Below are positions 18,069 to 27,151 of a stretch of DNA of 64,000 nucleotides, one piece after another. The stretch is taken from positions 1 to 64,000 of IMG/VR virus record IMGVR_UViG_3300033273_000374; one strand, given 5' to 3'. Origin of the DNA: a virus (lineage: Duplodnaviria > Heunggongvirae > Uroviricota > Caudoviricetes). Positions within the stretch are counted from its first letter, which is position 1, and each line of letters opens with the position of its first letter. Position numbers and translations under genes: made by a program. The notes under the pieces were generated by a model that was given only the letters and a program-made list of their open reading frames with translations, made no database searches and was not told the origin of the DNA.

Positions 18069-18285
18069 TTTGTTTCCTCATTGCATGGTATTCCTTGCAT
18101 AAATCTTCAAATATATTAAAGACCTTTTGGAATCTCATATTGTATATACTCTCCAGTCCAAGAAGGGCATTTGCAATATCATCGGTGGACATATCTGTTT
18201 CCATGACATTCTCATTGAGAATTTGAATGTCATCTATAACATGCCAAGCCTTCATAATCTCTTCTCCAAGATCAAGGTGTTTCAT
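18043..18285 (-). CDS. hypothetical protein (80 aa)
   Basis: ORF track. Confidence 0.45.
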   Translation of the reverse strand: MKHLDLGEEIMKAWHVIDDIQILNENVMETDMSTDDIANALLGLESIYNMRFQKVFNIFEDLCKEYHAMRKQNENDFTKS

Positions 18286-18422
18286 TCTTCCACTCCGTTT
18301 TCAATCTCATCCATCCAACTGATAGCAGTATGAATGTGTCCAGTATCGTGCGGTTGCAAACACGAACGAGCGTGTTCAATTTCTTCTTGCAATGCAATAA
18401 TTTTTGCTGGCTTACTAATCAC
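18282..18422 (-). CDS. 46-aa GTG-start ORF, paralogous to the C-terminal half of the 16791-17024 product
   Basis: Hand translation: VISKPAKIIALQEEIEHARSCLQPHDTGHIHTAISWMDEIENGVEE. Its stop overlaps the next ATG. Confidence 0.25.
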   Translation of the reverse strand: MISKPAKIIALQEEIEHARSCLQPHDTGHIHTAISWMDEIENGVEE

Positions 18423-18832
18423 TTTGATTTCTCTATGCTTAAATTGCCCCAAACCCAACATTCGGTGTCATAGTGTTCCCAACCATCTTCTTCCCAACCA
18501 TCGTAGTATTCTTCATCCCACAGGTCATCAAGTCGTTCTTGTTCTTCTTCACTCATGTCGTCTGGGTAGATAACATCATCGTATACGCCATCGTCTAGTG
18601 AATCTATTTCTACGCTTTCTACATTGTCGGGCCATTCATCGTAGATGTTACAAGCATCAGCACCTGGACCACTGTCAAATGAAAACTCTGGAGGCTCATC
18701 GTCTGTAGTGGTTACAGTCCATGCACCCCAACGCCAGCCGGTGATGCGACGGATAACCATGTCATCCTTTTGCCACATTTCGTGTTCTTCAACACTCTTT
18801 TTATTTTCTGTTTCAACAAACCATACAGCCAT
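18419..18832 (-). CDS. hypothetical highly acidic protein (137 aa)
   Basis: ORF track. Asp/Glu/Trp-rich. Confidence 0.5.
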   Translation of the reverse strand: MAVWFVETENKKSVEEHEMWQKDDMVIRRITGWRWGAWTVTTTDDEPPEFSFDSGPGADACNIYDEWPDNVESVEIDSLDDGVYDDVIYPDDMSEEEQERLDDLWDEEYYDGWEEDGWEHYDTECWVWGNLSIEKSK

Positions 18833-18845
18833 TGTCTTCTCCTAA

Positions 18846-21800
18846 CTAGAAGTTTAATTTTACACTAATACCAGCACGTTTTTCAATTTCTTTTTTCACA
18901 CCTGTTATGGTATCTCGTAGTTCTATAAATGCACCTACCTTGCCTTGCAGTCCTAACTTTGTAGCGAACTCGTCTACTTGTTTGATACCTGTTTTTGTAA
19001 TATCAAAATTGTAGTATGTGCCAAAATCAATTTCTCTGTTGCTGTTGCGGAAGTCTACTGTGCGCAATTCTGTGTTTACATTTCCGTCTAGTGTTCTGCC
19101 TGTTGGCACACGATATGTAAATTTTGCACTTTCAACTGTAACAGGTTGCGATATTGCAAAACCCAATGTGTGTCCGTCTGCAGGACCAAGTTCATAGCCA
19201 ACAGTAGCAGTTGAACTGATTACATCTTCTGCGTCAACTAACATGCTGTTGCTTTTATCAAAGTTTACACTGGTATATCCTAATCCAGCCTGTGCATAAA
19301 ACCCACCATAGCGATAGTTGTAGTTTGCATAAACTGTGGTGCTGTCTTTTGTTGTACCTAGTGTGCCTGAAAGACTGTTGCCTAAATAGTGTCCATCGCT
19401 CTTACCAAATCCAATTTCAATGTTGTTGTTTTCGTTGATGGACCACGGAAACGCACCATGCTGATCATGATTCATATAGCCTGCAAAGTAGTTTACTGCA
19501 CCCATTTGCTCTGCAACACTTGCAGTTCGTGTGTCAATGTCAGCACTAACCATGCTGCTCAAGTCAATGTAGAAGTCACGTTCAAAACTGTCAAGCACCA
19601 TTACATTTGTAAGTGCTGTAAGTTGTTGTGCTGCAACCCCAATGACATTAGCACCTCCAGATACAGTGCTTACTCCACCATCAGTACGTCCACTTGTTGG
19701 AATGCCTGTGGCGCCCACTGGGCGTGTAGCAGCATCCATGTCTAGTATGCCATGCCCATGCAAGTTCTCGTCGTACACATTGTCGCCGTAACTGTTAAGC
19801 ACTTCTTCTTTGGCAGTGACCAGCACCAACTGTACCAAGTGCTTGCCTTTCATGTGTGGCCACATTTGATGCAATATTGCAATAGCACCACTCACAACAG
19901 GTGCTGCCATACTGGTGCCTGTCATGTTGGTGTAGCCGCCACCTGACTTTGTGCTGTCTACCATGTAGCCATCTGCTAGTATGAAAAAGTCTTTTATCTG
20001 AGCAGCATCTTTACACACACCATCTACATAGGTTGCACACACTGTGCCTGCTTTGTTGCCATACTGGTTTCCTCTGTCATATGATCCAACAATGATCATT
20101 TGTCCATCAAGTATGAGATTACCGTTAGCATCGGTAGCAGTGGCCATTTGATTCATGCCTGCACTATAACTTGTGCCTGCATTGCCTGCAGCCTTTACCA
20201 ATACCATTTCGTTGCCTAGTGCTGCTTTCCAGTTAACTGCTTCGTTGACTGCACCATTGTAGCCATTGACACCATAGTACCAATGGTCACTGTGCCATAC
20301 ACCGTCACCATCTTGTACAAGACTGTTTTTAAAGTTGGTGTCAAGTCTAGTCTCTGCACTGACATTGATAGCAACTGCACCTAAATTTTTACCCCACTCT
20401 GCTGCTCTTTGTGCATTGAAGAAACTGAATGCATAACCATCAGCAACTTTTGCAATAGCAAGTTTAGCATCAAACGCTGCACCATGCATGCCTATGTCAT
20501 TCTTTTCTGCAGCAACGATACCTGCAACATGAGTGCCGTGATCACTTGCATTGCTAATACCACTACCAGTGTAGTCTATAGTGTGTGCAATGTTGTCATC
20601 TAAATCTATGTGTGATGTATCTGCACCTGTGTCAGCAACTACAACTAGACTGCCTTTACCCGTCCAGCCTCTACTGTAAGCAACATCAAAGTTACTTTGT
20701 AGCAAATGGTTGTTTCCAAGTCCTGTGGTTTTAAATACACTGTATTCATCTGTGCGATAGTGGTTACGATCTTCAACATAACCTGGTGTGCGTGTGCCCA
20801 TGTCAGGATGATCGTTGCCAATTACTTCTGTATCAGTTTCGTTCTCCGCATCAGTGCCAGCACTGAGTTCCTCACGCATTAGTTCAAGTTCTTCGTTGCG
20901 TTGGCTAGCAACTGGATACTTTGTTACAGGCTCTCTGTAACGCAATGATTGGTTTGTCAGTTCTGTTTCGGTAGTGCCGTCGCTGTAGGTTGTTATTGTG
21001 TAAGTATCTGTGGCATACACATGAGTGTGTATTTCGGGTGTAACAAATGTTATAATACGATATGTAACAAGCCAATTGCCTTCTACACGTTCCTCAACTG
21101 CAGAGCTTTGTATCTCTTCTGGCAAGTATTCTTTATCCAAGCGCAACCAATATTCCGCTTCTGTGCGTGTTTCTTGGTTTACAATTGTAATAGCTTCTTC
21201 TGTAGTTTCTTCCGCAACAGGTTCAGAATCAACAACTTCTTCTACTGGTTGGTCAACAACTTCTTCTACTTCTTCTACAACTGGCTCAGTTGTTTCTTCC
21301 TCTTCAACTGGTTCTACATTTTCATCAATTGTTTCATCTACCGGTTGTGGTTCAACTTCTTCAACAATAGGGTCACTTATTTCTACATCAGGATCAGTAG
21401 TTTCTTCTACAACTTCTACTTCAGTATCAGGCAATTCCTCTACAATAGGATCCGTTAATTCTTCTACAACTGGATCAGTTTCTTCTACAACTTCTTCTGG
21501 TTGTTCCTCTACCTCAAGATCTACTGTTTCTGCTGTTGGATCTGTTTCCTCTACTTCGGTTTGGTATAGTTGTACTTGTGTATTCTCATGGAAGTCATCT
21601 ATAGAAAAATTTTCATCTGCGCCAATGTCGGCATGATCAATATACCCATTACTTTCCATAAGAACATATTCTTTTATATAATGATATTCTTCGGATGCAT
21701 CATCGTACTGTCCAGTTTCAACTACTCTAGACCACCATTCTTCTTTGTTATCATAATATAGTTTTTTGTAGCCTTTGAGAATATTGTAAGCACTATCAAG

Positions 21801-22136
21801 GCTCATAGTAGAACCGTTTACTTCAACTGTGTATTGAGATAGTTCAGAAGAATCTATATTATGATTTGCATTCATCCATTCAAAAACATTCACTATTTCT
21901 TGGGCAGTAACCTTTCCGTCTTCACTAACCTGTTGTACCACAGCAGTAAATTCATTTTGGCTCAAATTTGATATATCAAAACCACCAATAGATGTTGGAG
22001 TATTGTCTACCACAGGACTTACATTAATTGGAGTAAAAGTATTAGAGCCGTTGTTATTGCCGCCGCCTCCGCCGCCTTGACAGGCTGCAAGAGCAGTTGT
22101 ACTTGCTAACAAAAATGCTTTGAATGCCCAATTCAT
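18846..22136 (-). CDS. S8 subtilisin-like serine protease (1096 aa): lipoprotein-type signal peptide, acidic PEEV/TDP repeat region, and an autotransporter-like C-terminal beta-domain ending in F
   Basis: Catalytic triad blocks VVADTGAD, HGTHVAGIVAA and GTSMAAPVVSGAIA. N-terminus MNWAFKAFLLASTTALAAC (lipobox). C-terminus ...GISVKLNF. Confidence 0.8.
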   Translation of the reverse strand: MNWAFKAFLLASTTALAACQGGGGGGNNNGSNTFTPINVSPVVDNTPTSIGGFDISNLSQNEFTAVVQQVSEDGKVTAQEIVNVFEWMNANHNIDSSELSQYTVEVNGSTMSLDSAYNILKGYKKLYYDNKEEWWSRVVETGQYDDASEEYHYIKEYVLMESNGYIDHADIGADENFSIDDFHENTQVQLYQTEVEETDPTAETVDLEVEEQPEEVVEETDPVVEELTDPIVEELPDTEVEVVEETTDPDVEISDPIVEEVEPQPVDETIDENVEPVEEEETTEPVVEEVEEVVDQPVEEVVDSEPVAEETTEEAITIVNQETRTEAEYWLRLDKEYLPEEIQSSAVEERVEGNWLVTYRIITFVTPEIHTHVYATDTYTITTYSDGTTETELTNQSLRYREPVTKYPVASQRNEELELMREELSAGTDAENETDTEVIGNDHPDMGTRTPGYVEDRNHYRTDEYSVFKTTGLGNNHLLQSNFDVAYSRGWTGKGSLVVVADTGADTSHIDLDDNIAHTIDYTGSGISNASDHGTHVAGIVAAEKNDIGMHGAAFDAKLAIAKVADGYAFSFFNAQRAAEWGKNLGAVAINVSAETRLDTNFKNSLVQDGDGVWHSDHWYYGVNGYNGAVNEAVNWKAALGNEMVLVKAAGNAGTSYSAGMNQMATATDANGNLILDGQMIIVGSYDRGNQYGNKAGTVCATYVDGVCKDAAQIKDFFILADGYMVDSTKSGGGYTNMTGTSMAAPVVSGAIAILHQMWPHMKGKHLVQLVLVTAKEEVLNSYGDNVYDENLHGHGILDMDAATRPVGATGIPTSGRTDGGVSTVSGGANVIGVAAQQLTALTNVMVLDSFERDFYIDLSSMVSADIDTRTASVAEQMGAVNYFAGYMNHDQHGAFPWSINENNNIEIGFGKSDGHYLGNSLSGTLGTTKDSTTVYANYNYRYGGFYAQAGLGYTSVNFDKSNSMLVDAEDVISSTATVGYELGPADGHTLGFAISQPVTVESAKFTYRVPTGRTLDGNVNTELRTVDFRNSNREIDFGTYYNFDITKTGIKQVDEFATKLGLQGKVGAFIELRDTITGVKKEIEKRAGISVKLNF

Positions 22137-22166
22137 ATGACTCTCCGTAGTCTTACCTACATTACT

Positions 22167-22194
22167 AATGTAGCACGGATATACATGTTGTCAA
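22167..22194 (-). promoter_or_regulatory. sigma70-like promoter GGTTGACA-N16-TACATT upstream of the subtilase gene
   Basis: -35 at 22189-22194, 50 nt upstream of the start at 22136. Confidence 0.4.
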
Positions 22195-22212
22195 CCAATT
22201 TTATTTAGATTG

Positions 22213-22491
22213 TTATGTATTTGTAACTTTATCCCACATACGGTACCTTTCTAACAGTTTTTGATAGTGTTCCCAAGCAGCGAAAAGTTCTGGATATTTG
22301 TCTCTCAACAGTTCGTTTTCAAATTCTTCAACCAAGTCGCTGTTGTATGTTATTTCGTAACTGGCTCTTTGTGATAACGTTATAGGGTCAGACAAAGGAT
22401 CTAACTTGTTATTATACTTGCTTGTGTACTGATAGTCGTCGTCCTCTGTAAAGATGTTTTGTTGCATGGTCCATTTTTTATCGTTGTCCAA
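22213..22491 (-). CDS. hypothetical protein (92 aa)
   Basis: ORF track. Confidence 0.45.
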   Translation of the reverse strand: MDNDKKWTMQQNIFTEDDDYQYTSKYNNKLDPLSDPITLSQRASYEITYNSDLVEEFENELLRDKYPELFAAWEHYQKLLERYRMWDKVTNT

Positions 22492-22795
22492 CTACTTTCT
22501 CCCATGCTTGATATTTTACTTGCAACTCTAAAAATTCCCTATACTTTTCTTGTAGTTCAGGATGCTTGTGCATTAGTGTATAATCTGGATTAACATCTTG
22601 TACATTTGGCCAATTGTCTGGCCTAGGCATTGATGTGTTAGGGTAAAAACTTTCTGGAGCACCACCAACAATCCAGCGTGGTAAAGAATTGTGAGGAGGA
22701 TCTCTGTAACGAGCATAAATTATACCATTCATACCTCGTTCATATATGAGAGCCTCCCCAGGAACCAGTGTCTCTTTGTTTTGAGTCACTGCCAA
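22478..22795 (-). CDS. hypothetical protein (105 aa)
   Basis: ORF track. Confidence 0.45.
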   Translation of the reverse strand: MAVTQNKETLVPGEALIYERGMNGIIYARYRDPPHNSLPRWIVGGAPESFYPNTSMPRPDNWPNVQDVNPDYTLMHKHPELQEKYREFLELQVKYQAWEKVVGQR

Positions 22796-22800
22796 TTCGT

Positions 22801-23586
22801 CTACTCTTTCTTAGCACGTGGCTTGCGTGGTGCACGTGGCTTAGCCGGTGCTTTCTTAGCAGGTGCTTTTTTAGCAGGTTTTTCTGGTTCAGCCTTTGGC
22901 TTAACTTTCTGATTACCTGTTAGATATTGTGGTACTGGTTCAGCAGGAACCTTACTTTGGAGCCATTTGAGCAACACCCCATATGCAGGAAGGAACACTA
23001 CCAATCCTACTACGACCTTAGTAAGGGTATTGTTCTGTGCTACAATGTGCCAGTTTTCACCAATCCATGTTAACTTACCATCTGGTCCTGTTGCACCTGC
23101 AAATGCAACAAAGAAGAATGAATAAGTGTCAATGATATTAGCAGCAATAGTACTAATAGCAGGTGCTGCCCACCATGCTTTTGAATACTTTTCACGAATG
23201 TGTTGGAACACATACACGTCAAGCATTGTGCCAATAGCATAAGCAGTACCACTTGCAAAACCTACGCGATACGCATGTGAATCGCCAAGTGCAAGCAACA
23301 CAAGCACTGAAGCAACAATAGCAGGAATAACTGCCATTGCAACAACTGCTCTACCTGCTTCTTTACCAACCATACGCACTGTAAGGTCTGTGGCAACAAC
23401 TACAATTGGAAATGTAAATGCTGCTGCCGCTAGTGGAAATGATCCAAACAAAGGTAACTCTGCACCTGGGAATAAATCAAATCTAATTGTAACCAAGTAG
23501 TTTGACACAGCAATAACTAGCGTGTGTAAAATAACTAGATTACGAACAAGTGTTTTATCAACACCTTCTAGAAGTTTATTGAACAT
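22801..23586 (-). CDS. yhhQ: YhhQ/DUF165-family queuosine-precursor transporter with a Lys/Ala/Pro-rich basic C-terminal tail
   Basis: Polytopic membrane protein with an FPIVVVATDLTVRMVGKEAGRAVVA block resembling YhhQ. Tail KKAPAKKAPAKPRAPRKPRAKKE. Confidence 0.6.
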   Translation of the reverse strand: MFNKLLEGVDKTLVRNLVILHTLVIAVSNYLVTIRFDLFPGAELPLFGSFPLAAAAFTFPIVVVATDLTVRMVGKEAGRAVVAMAVIPAIVASVLVLLALGDSHAYRVGFASGTAYAIGTMLDVYVFQHIREKYSKAWWAAPAISTIAANIIDTYSFFFVAFAGATGPDGKLTWIGENWHIVAQNNTLTKVVVGLVVFLPAYGVLLKWLQSKVPAEPVPQYLTGNQKVKPKAEPEKPAKKAPAKKAPAKPRAPRKPRAKKE

Positions 23587-23598
23587 AATGTTCTCCTT

Positions 23599-24474
23599 TT
23601 ATTCTCTACTTAAATCAAGTGTACAACAGTGGTGTCCTCCACCAAGTGTACGGCTATGAGCAAATGGCAAAACATAATTGTCAATGCCATTTGCATCAAG
23701 TGCCTCTTTTAATCGAGGCACATCATCTATGACCGCCAGGTTAGGACGAATCATAAAGAAGTTAAGCAGGATATAGTTGCTCGCAAAAGCCTCACCTGCA
23801 TATTGTCTTTGTGGTAAATCTTCGTTACCAAGCCAAATAATCTCCCAATCTTTGAAACAATCTGGTAAATTTATTTTGCTTACTCTATCCTTGTTTACTA
23901 CAACAAGCCCTTCATTTACTGGGACGAAAGTACTGTCAATGTGTACTCCGCCATAGGTTTTAGTTATTTCTACAGTGTGATTTGGGAACTGTTCCTGCAA
24001 CCAGGTAGCACCTGCACGGGTTCCACTGACACTTTGTAGATATAAAAGTGTTTGGCCTAGTCTACAAACGTTGGCTGCATCAAAACGCAGCCTCGGGTTG
24101 CGAGGAACAGTTATTACATTTTTTGCATTTTCAAGTACATAATTGATATATTTTGTTTCTTGAAGTCTGCAATCATATTGCATGTGGCAGTCTACAACAG
24201 TATCGCCTACTATGAGCAATCTATCTCGTGGGCAATAGTTGTACATACCCTGCGTTTGTGCAAAGTTGTTATACTTTGGTCTGTGTACTTCTACACCTTC
24301 TTGTTCTAGTATGCTTACAAATCTATCTAAGTCTGCATCTGCTTGAGTAATAACTTCATTGGGATATTCGCCTGGAACGTCAAAATGACAATCATCAGGC
24401 TTGTTGGCACCAGCAGCACTGCCTACCACTACACTGTGCAATGGCGACCATTCGTTATGAGTACTAATTTGCAT
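23599..24474 (-). CDS. amidinotransferase-superfamily enzyme (glycine amidinotransferase/arginine deiminase fold)
   Basis: C-terminal catalytic-Cys motif GGGHHCCTLD and family-typical length (291 aa). Confidence 0.6.
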   Translation of the reverse strand: MQISTHNEWSPLHSVVVGSAAGANKPDDCHFDVPGEYPNEVITQADADLDRFVSILEQEGVEVHRPKYNNFAQTQGMYNYCPRDRLLIVGDTVVDCHMQYDCRLQETKYINYVLENAKNVITVPRNPRLRFDAANVCRLGQTLLYLQSVSGTRAGATWLQEQFPNHTVEITKTYGGVHIDSTFVPVNEGLVVVNKDRVSKINLPDCFKDWEIIWLGNEDLPQRQYAGEAFASNYILLNFFMIRPNLAVIDDVPRLKEALDANGIDNYVLPFAHSRTLGGGHHCCTLDLSRE

Positions 24475-24504
24475 CTAGCAAGCAAACTCTTTTTTAGAAA
24501 ATAA

Positions 24505-25185
24505 TCATCTTTTACAAGCATTTACAATGTTCATAAACTCGTTGCGAACTGCCGGATCTTCTTTGAAACAACCGCCTAGTTTGCTGGTAACAGTTGATGA
24601 TCCCACATCTTCAACACCGCGACTCTTAACGCAATAGTGTTGTGCGTCAACAACAACTGCAATGTCGTCTGTGCCTAGAATGTATTGTAGTGCGTGATAA
24701 ACTTGTTCTGTTAGGCGCTCTTGGATTTGAGGACGTTTAGAAAAGTATTCTACTACACGGTTTAGTTTAGATAGACCTAGTACTTTGTCTTTAGGAATGT
24801 ATGCGACTGTAGCAATACCATCAATGACAACGAAGTGATGTTCACAGTTTGATTGGACATTGACATTACGCTCAATAACCATCTCATCGTATTTCATCTT
24901 GTTGTCTACGGCTGTACACTTTGGAAATGCTTCGTAATCGAGTCCCCAGAAGATTTCGTTAACATACATCTTTGCAACACGCTTGGGTGTTTCGATCAAA
25001 CTATCGTCAGTTAGATCCAATCCCATAATCTTCATAATCTCGGTAAAATGACTTTCAATTTTCTCAATCTTGTCTTTGCGATTAATACCGTTATCAATAA
25101 CTGGAGTTTCTACACCGCACTTTACTAGGTGTTTGTGAACTTCGAGACCCAAAACAGGGTCAGTCTTTGTTTTATTATATGCCAT
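24505..25185 (-). CDS. folE: GTP cyclohydrolase I FolE
   Basis: CEHHFVVIDG ... KLNRVVEYFSKRPQIQERLT ... VVVDAQHYCVKSRGV conserved blocks. Confidence 0.85.
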   Translation of the reverse strand: MAYNKTKTDPVLGLEVHKHLVKCGVETPVIDNGINRKDKIEKIESHFTEIMKIMGLDLTDDSLIETPKRVAKMYVNEIFWGLDYEAFPKCTAVDNKMKYDEMVIERNVNVQSNCEHHFVVIDGIATVAYIPKDKVLGLSKLNRVVEYFSKRPQIQERLTEQVYHALQYILGTDDIAVVVDAQHYCVKSRGVEDVGSSTVTSKLGGCFKEDPAVRNEFMNIVNACKR

Positions 25186-25269
25186 ATTATTCTCCTTCCT
25201 TACACGGATATGTTATTTGTCAAAGTTTGCTACCTTTGTGTAGCATCTATATTTAACCTTATTGTTTTA

Positions 25270-25298
25270 ATTGTAGACGTATTTAGACCAAATGTCAA
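25270..25298 (-). promoter_or_regulatory. sigma70-like promoter TTGACA-N17-TACAAT upstream of folE
   Basis: -35 at 25293-25298, -10 at 25270-25275. An AGGAG SD precedes the ATG at 25185. Confidence 0.55.
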
Positions 25299-26173
25299 AT
25301 TCTTTTATCCCACAGTCGTGAAAAACACAGCCTGTTGGTAAGTGCACCTCTGTTGTATTCTGACCATTTATCTTGAACGTCAATACCAAAGATAACACAA
25401 TCACTGGCCACTACATCTGTTTGTGCGCACATTTTATCTTGTGCAAATTTGTAACGATAATACAGCCAAAGATTGTTGTATTGTTTAATCAATTGATGTC
25501 CTAGGTGTACACTGGTGCTGTTTACATATGGAACGCTGTTGTTTGTGTATGCACTCAGTGTATCGTCAACACTGTGTCTGTTCATGCGTATGCCAATCCT
25601 GTGAGTTTCTACAGGAAATACTTTGCTCATACTGGTTGTAACAGTTTGAATGCATTTGTAACTGAGATCAATTGTAAAATTTTTTGTAAGGTTGAGATAT
25701 GCCATGTCAATCAACACAGGCACACCGAGATTCTCACACTGTGCTAACACACTATCATATTTGTAAGGCACATTTCCTGTGTCGCTGAAAGGTGCGCTTA
25801 CAACCACAACATCCATGGGACCTACGGGTTCGTCGTCAATCCAGGAAAAGTTGTTGCTGTATATTTCTCTTGCTTGTATTTGATGATAAAAATATTCTCC
25901 ACGCCACAGTCTTAGACGTCTGTCTCTGTGTTTGTGGTAAAACTTGTCAAATGCTTCTGTGGTTCCGTTGCAGTAACTTAGGTCATTGTAGTCATCTATG
26001 CCGCGGAGGTTGTGTCCTGTTGTTGCCCACTGTGCGTAATCATCTAAAAACAATTTTAAGTTTACATCTGGATAGCTTATAGTGTTATTTTTAACAAATT
26101 CAACAGTCTCTGGATCATGAACACTCCATGCACCACCAAAAGGTTTGTCTTTTAGGTTAGGCAATGTTTTCAT
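25295..26173 (-). CDS. PLP-dependent aminotransferase-like protein (short, 292 aa)
   Basis: VVVSAPFSDTGNVPYKYDSV..LIDMAY and a candidate Schiff-base lysine in TTSMSKVFP. Low confidence. Confidence 0.35.
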   Translation of the reverse strand: MKTLPNLKDKPFGGAWSVHDPETVEFVKNNTISYPDVNLKLFLDDYAQWATTGHNLRGIDDYNDLSYCNGTTEAFDKFYHKHRDRRLRLWRGEYFYHQIQAREIYSNNFSWIDDEPVGPMDVVVVSAPFSDTGNVPYKYDSVLAQCENLGVPVLIDMAYLNLTKNFTIDLSYKCIQTVTTSMSKVFPVETHRIGIRMNRHSVDDTLSAYTNNSVPYVNSTSVHLGHQLIKQYNNLWLYYRYKFAQDKMCAQTDVVASDCVIFGIDVQDKWSEYNRGALTNRLCFSRLWDKRI

Positions 26174-26633
26174 TTAGTATTCCTGTTATTTGGCAAGTGT
26201 ACTTGGGTTGTCTACCTGCATTGACACTTCCGTGCAGCATGGTATGGTCAAAAATCAAATAGTCACCTGCAACCCAATTTGTTACAGGAGTATCTTCTAC
26301 ATCCATAAAATGCCCTGGCTTCCAATCCTCTAAAAAAAAATTGTAACGTCGTATTTTACTTATGTCTGTAATGTTGTACTGATCCATAAAGTAAGTGTAA
26401 GTGTCGTAGTGTAGTGGAATAAAGTTTCCAGGCTGTTGTTCAATACAACTGCAACTGTAAATATCAAAATTTGCATCAGCAAATGAACGTATGTAATTTG
26501 GTGCATAGCCAAATATTTGTTTGTGACGTGTATTTGTTTCTGTATAAAAATTATCTAGCGGCGTTCCTACCATGTCTTTCCAGTTTAAGTCCATGATTGG
26601 AATAAATTTTTTTGCTGGTAAATGATAGATCAT
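26157..26633 (-). CDS. cupin/Fe-oxygenase-like protein, paralog 1 (158 aa)
   Basis: HxD...H spacing (PLHYDT ... MLHGS). Tandem with a homolog. Confidence 0.35.
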   Translation of the reverse strand: MIYHLPAKKFIPIMDLNWKDMVGTPLDNFYTETNTRHKQIFGYAPNYIRSFADANFDIYSCSCIEQQPGNFIPLHYDTYTYFMDQYNITDISKIRRYNFFLEDWKPGHFMDVEDTPVTNWVAGDYLIFDHTMLHGSVNAGRQPKYTCQITGILNENIA

Positions 26634-27151
26634 TCGTGTCCTGTTACCTGTAGAGTGTATCTTGGTTCAAGTCCAATGTTAGCAGCCATGTGTTCAACAT
26701 CTCCTCTCCACCAAATGTAATCGCCGCGCTTCCAACTAACAATCGGATTGCCTGCTATTTCAAAATAATGTCCTGATTTCCAATTTTCTAAGAACACTAT
26801 AATACGTTGAATTTGATTTACTTCTACATCAAATAGTTGTCTGTATTTTTTATAAGTGTCTCTGTGTGTGGGTAAAACTACGCCTGTAGGCATTCTATAA
26901 AAACTAGTGCCTGTATTTTTAAGTCCGTATATGTTTTTCAACATTTGCACTAGATCGTTTGTATAACCTGTTTGTGGTTTACGCATATCACATAGATCAC
27001 CTACAAAAGGCGGAGTGTAGCCTTGTACTGTCCACGTATCTATATCTTGGGAATTATTAAAGGGCTCAGACTGATAATCAAGGTCTATGTGACTATCGTC
27101 CCAAAAAGGATCTATATAGCCTATGTGCCAGTTACTATCGTGTGTTGCCAT
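26630..27151 (-). CDS. cupin/Fe-oxygenase-like protein, paralog 2 (173 aa)
   Basis: PTHRDT ... VEHMAANIG. Shares the WK(P/S)GH(F/Y)..(D/E) block with paralog 1. Confidence 0.35.
   Translation of the reverse strand: MATHDSNWHIGYIDPFWDDSHIDLDYQSEPFNNSQDIDTWTVQGYTPPFVGDLCDMRKPQTGYTNDLVQMLKNIYGLKNTGTSFYRMPTGVVLPTHRDTYKKYRQLFDVEVNQIQRIIVFLENWKSGHYFEIAGNPIVSWKRGDYIWWRGDVEHMAANIGLEPRYTLQVTGHE

Noticed and set aside
19389-21636. Plus-strand ORFs inside the subtilase gene (for example 21025-21636, Ser/Thr-rich)
   Set aside because: Antisense reading of the acidic repeat region. The low-complexity translation is an artefact of repeat composition.
25218-25223. Second TTGACA within the folE leader
   Set aside because: No acceptable -10 at the right spacing; the would-be -10 position is occupied by the ribosome-binding site.
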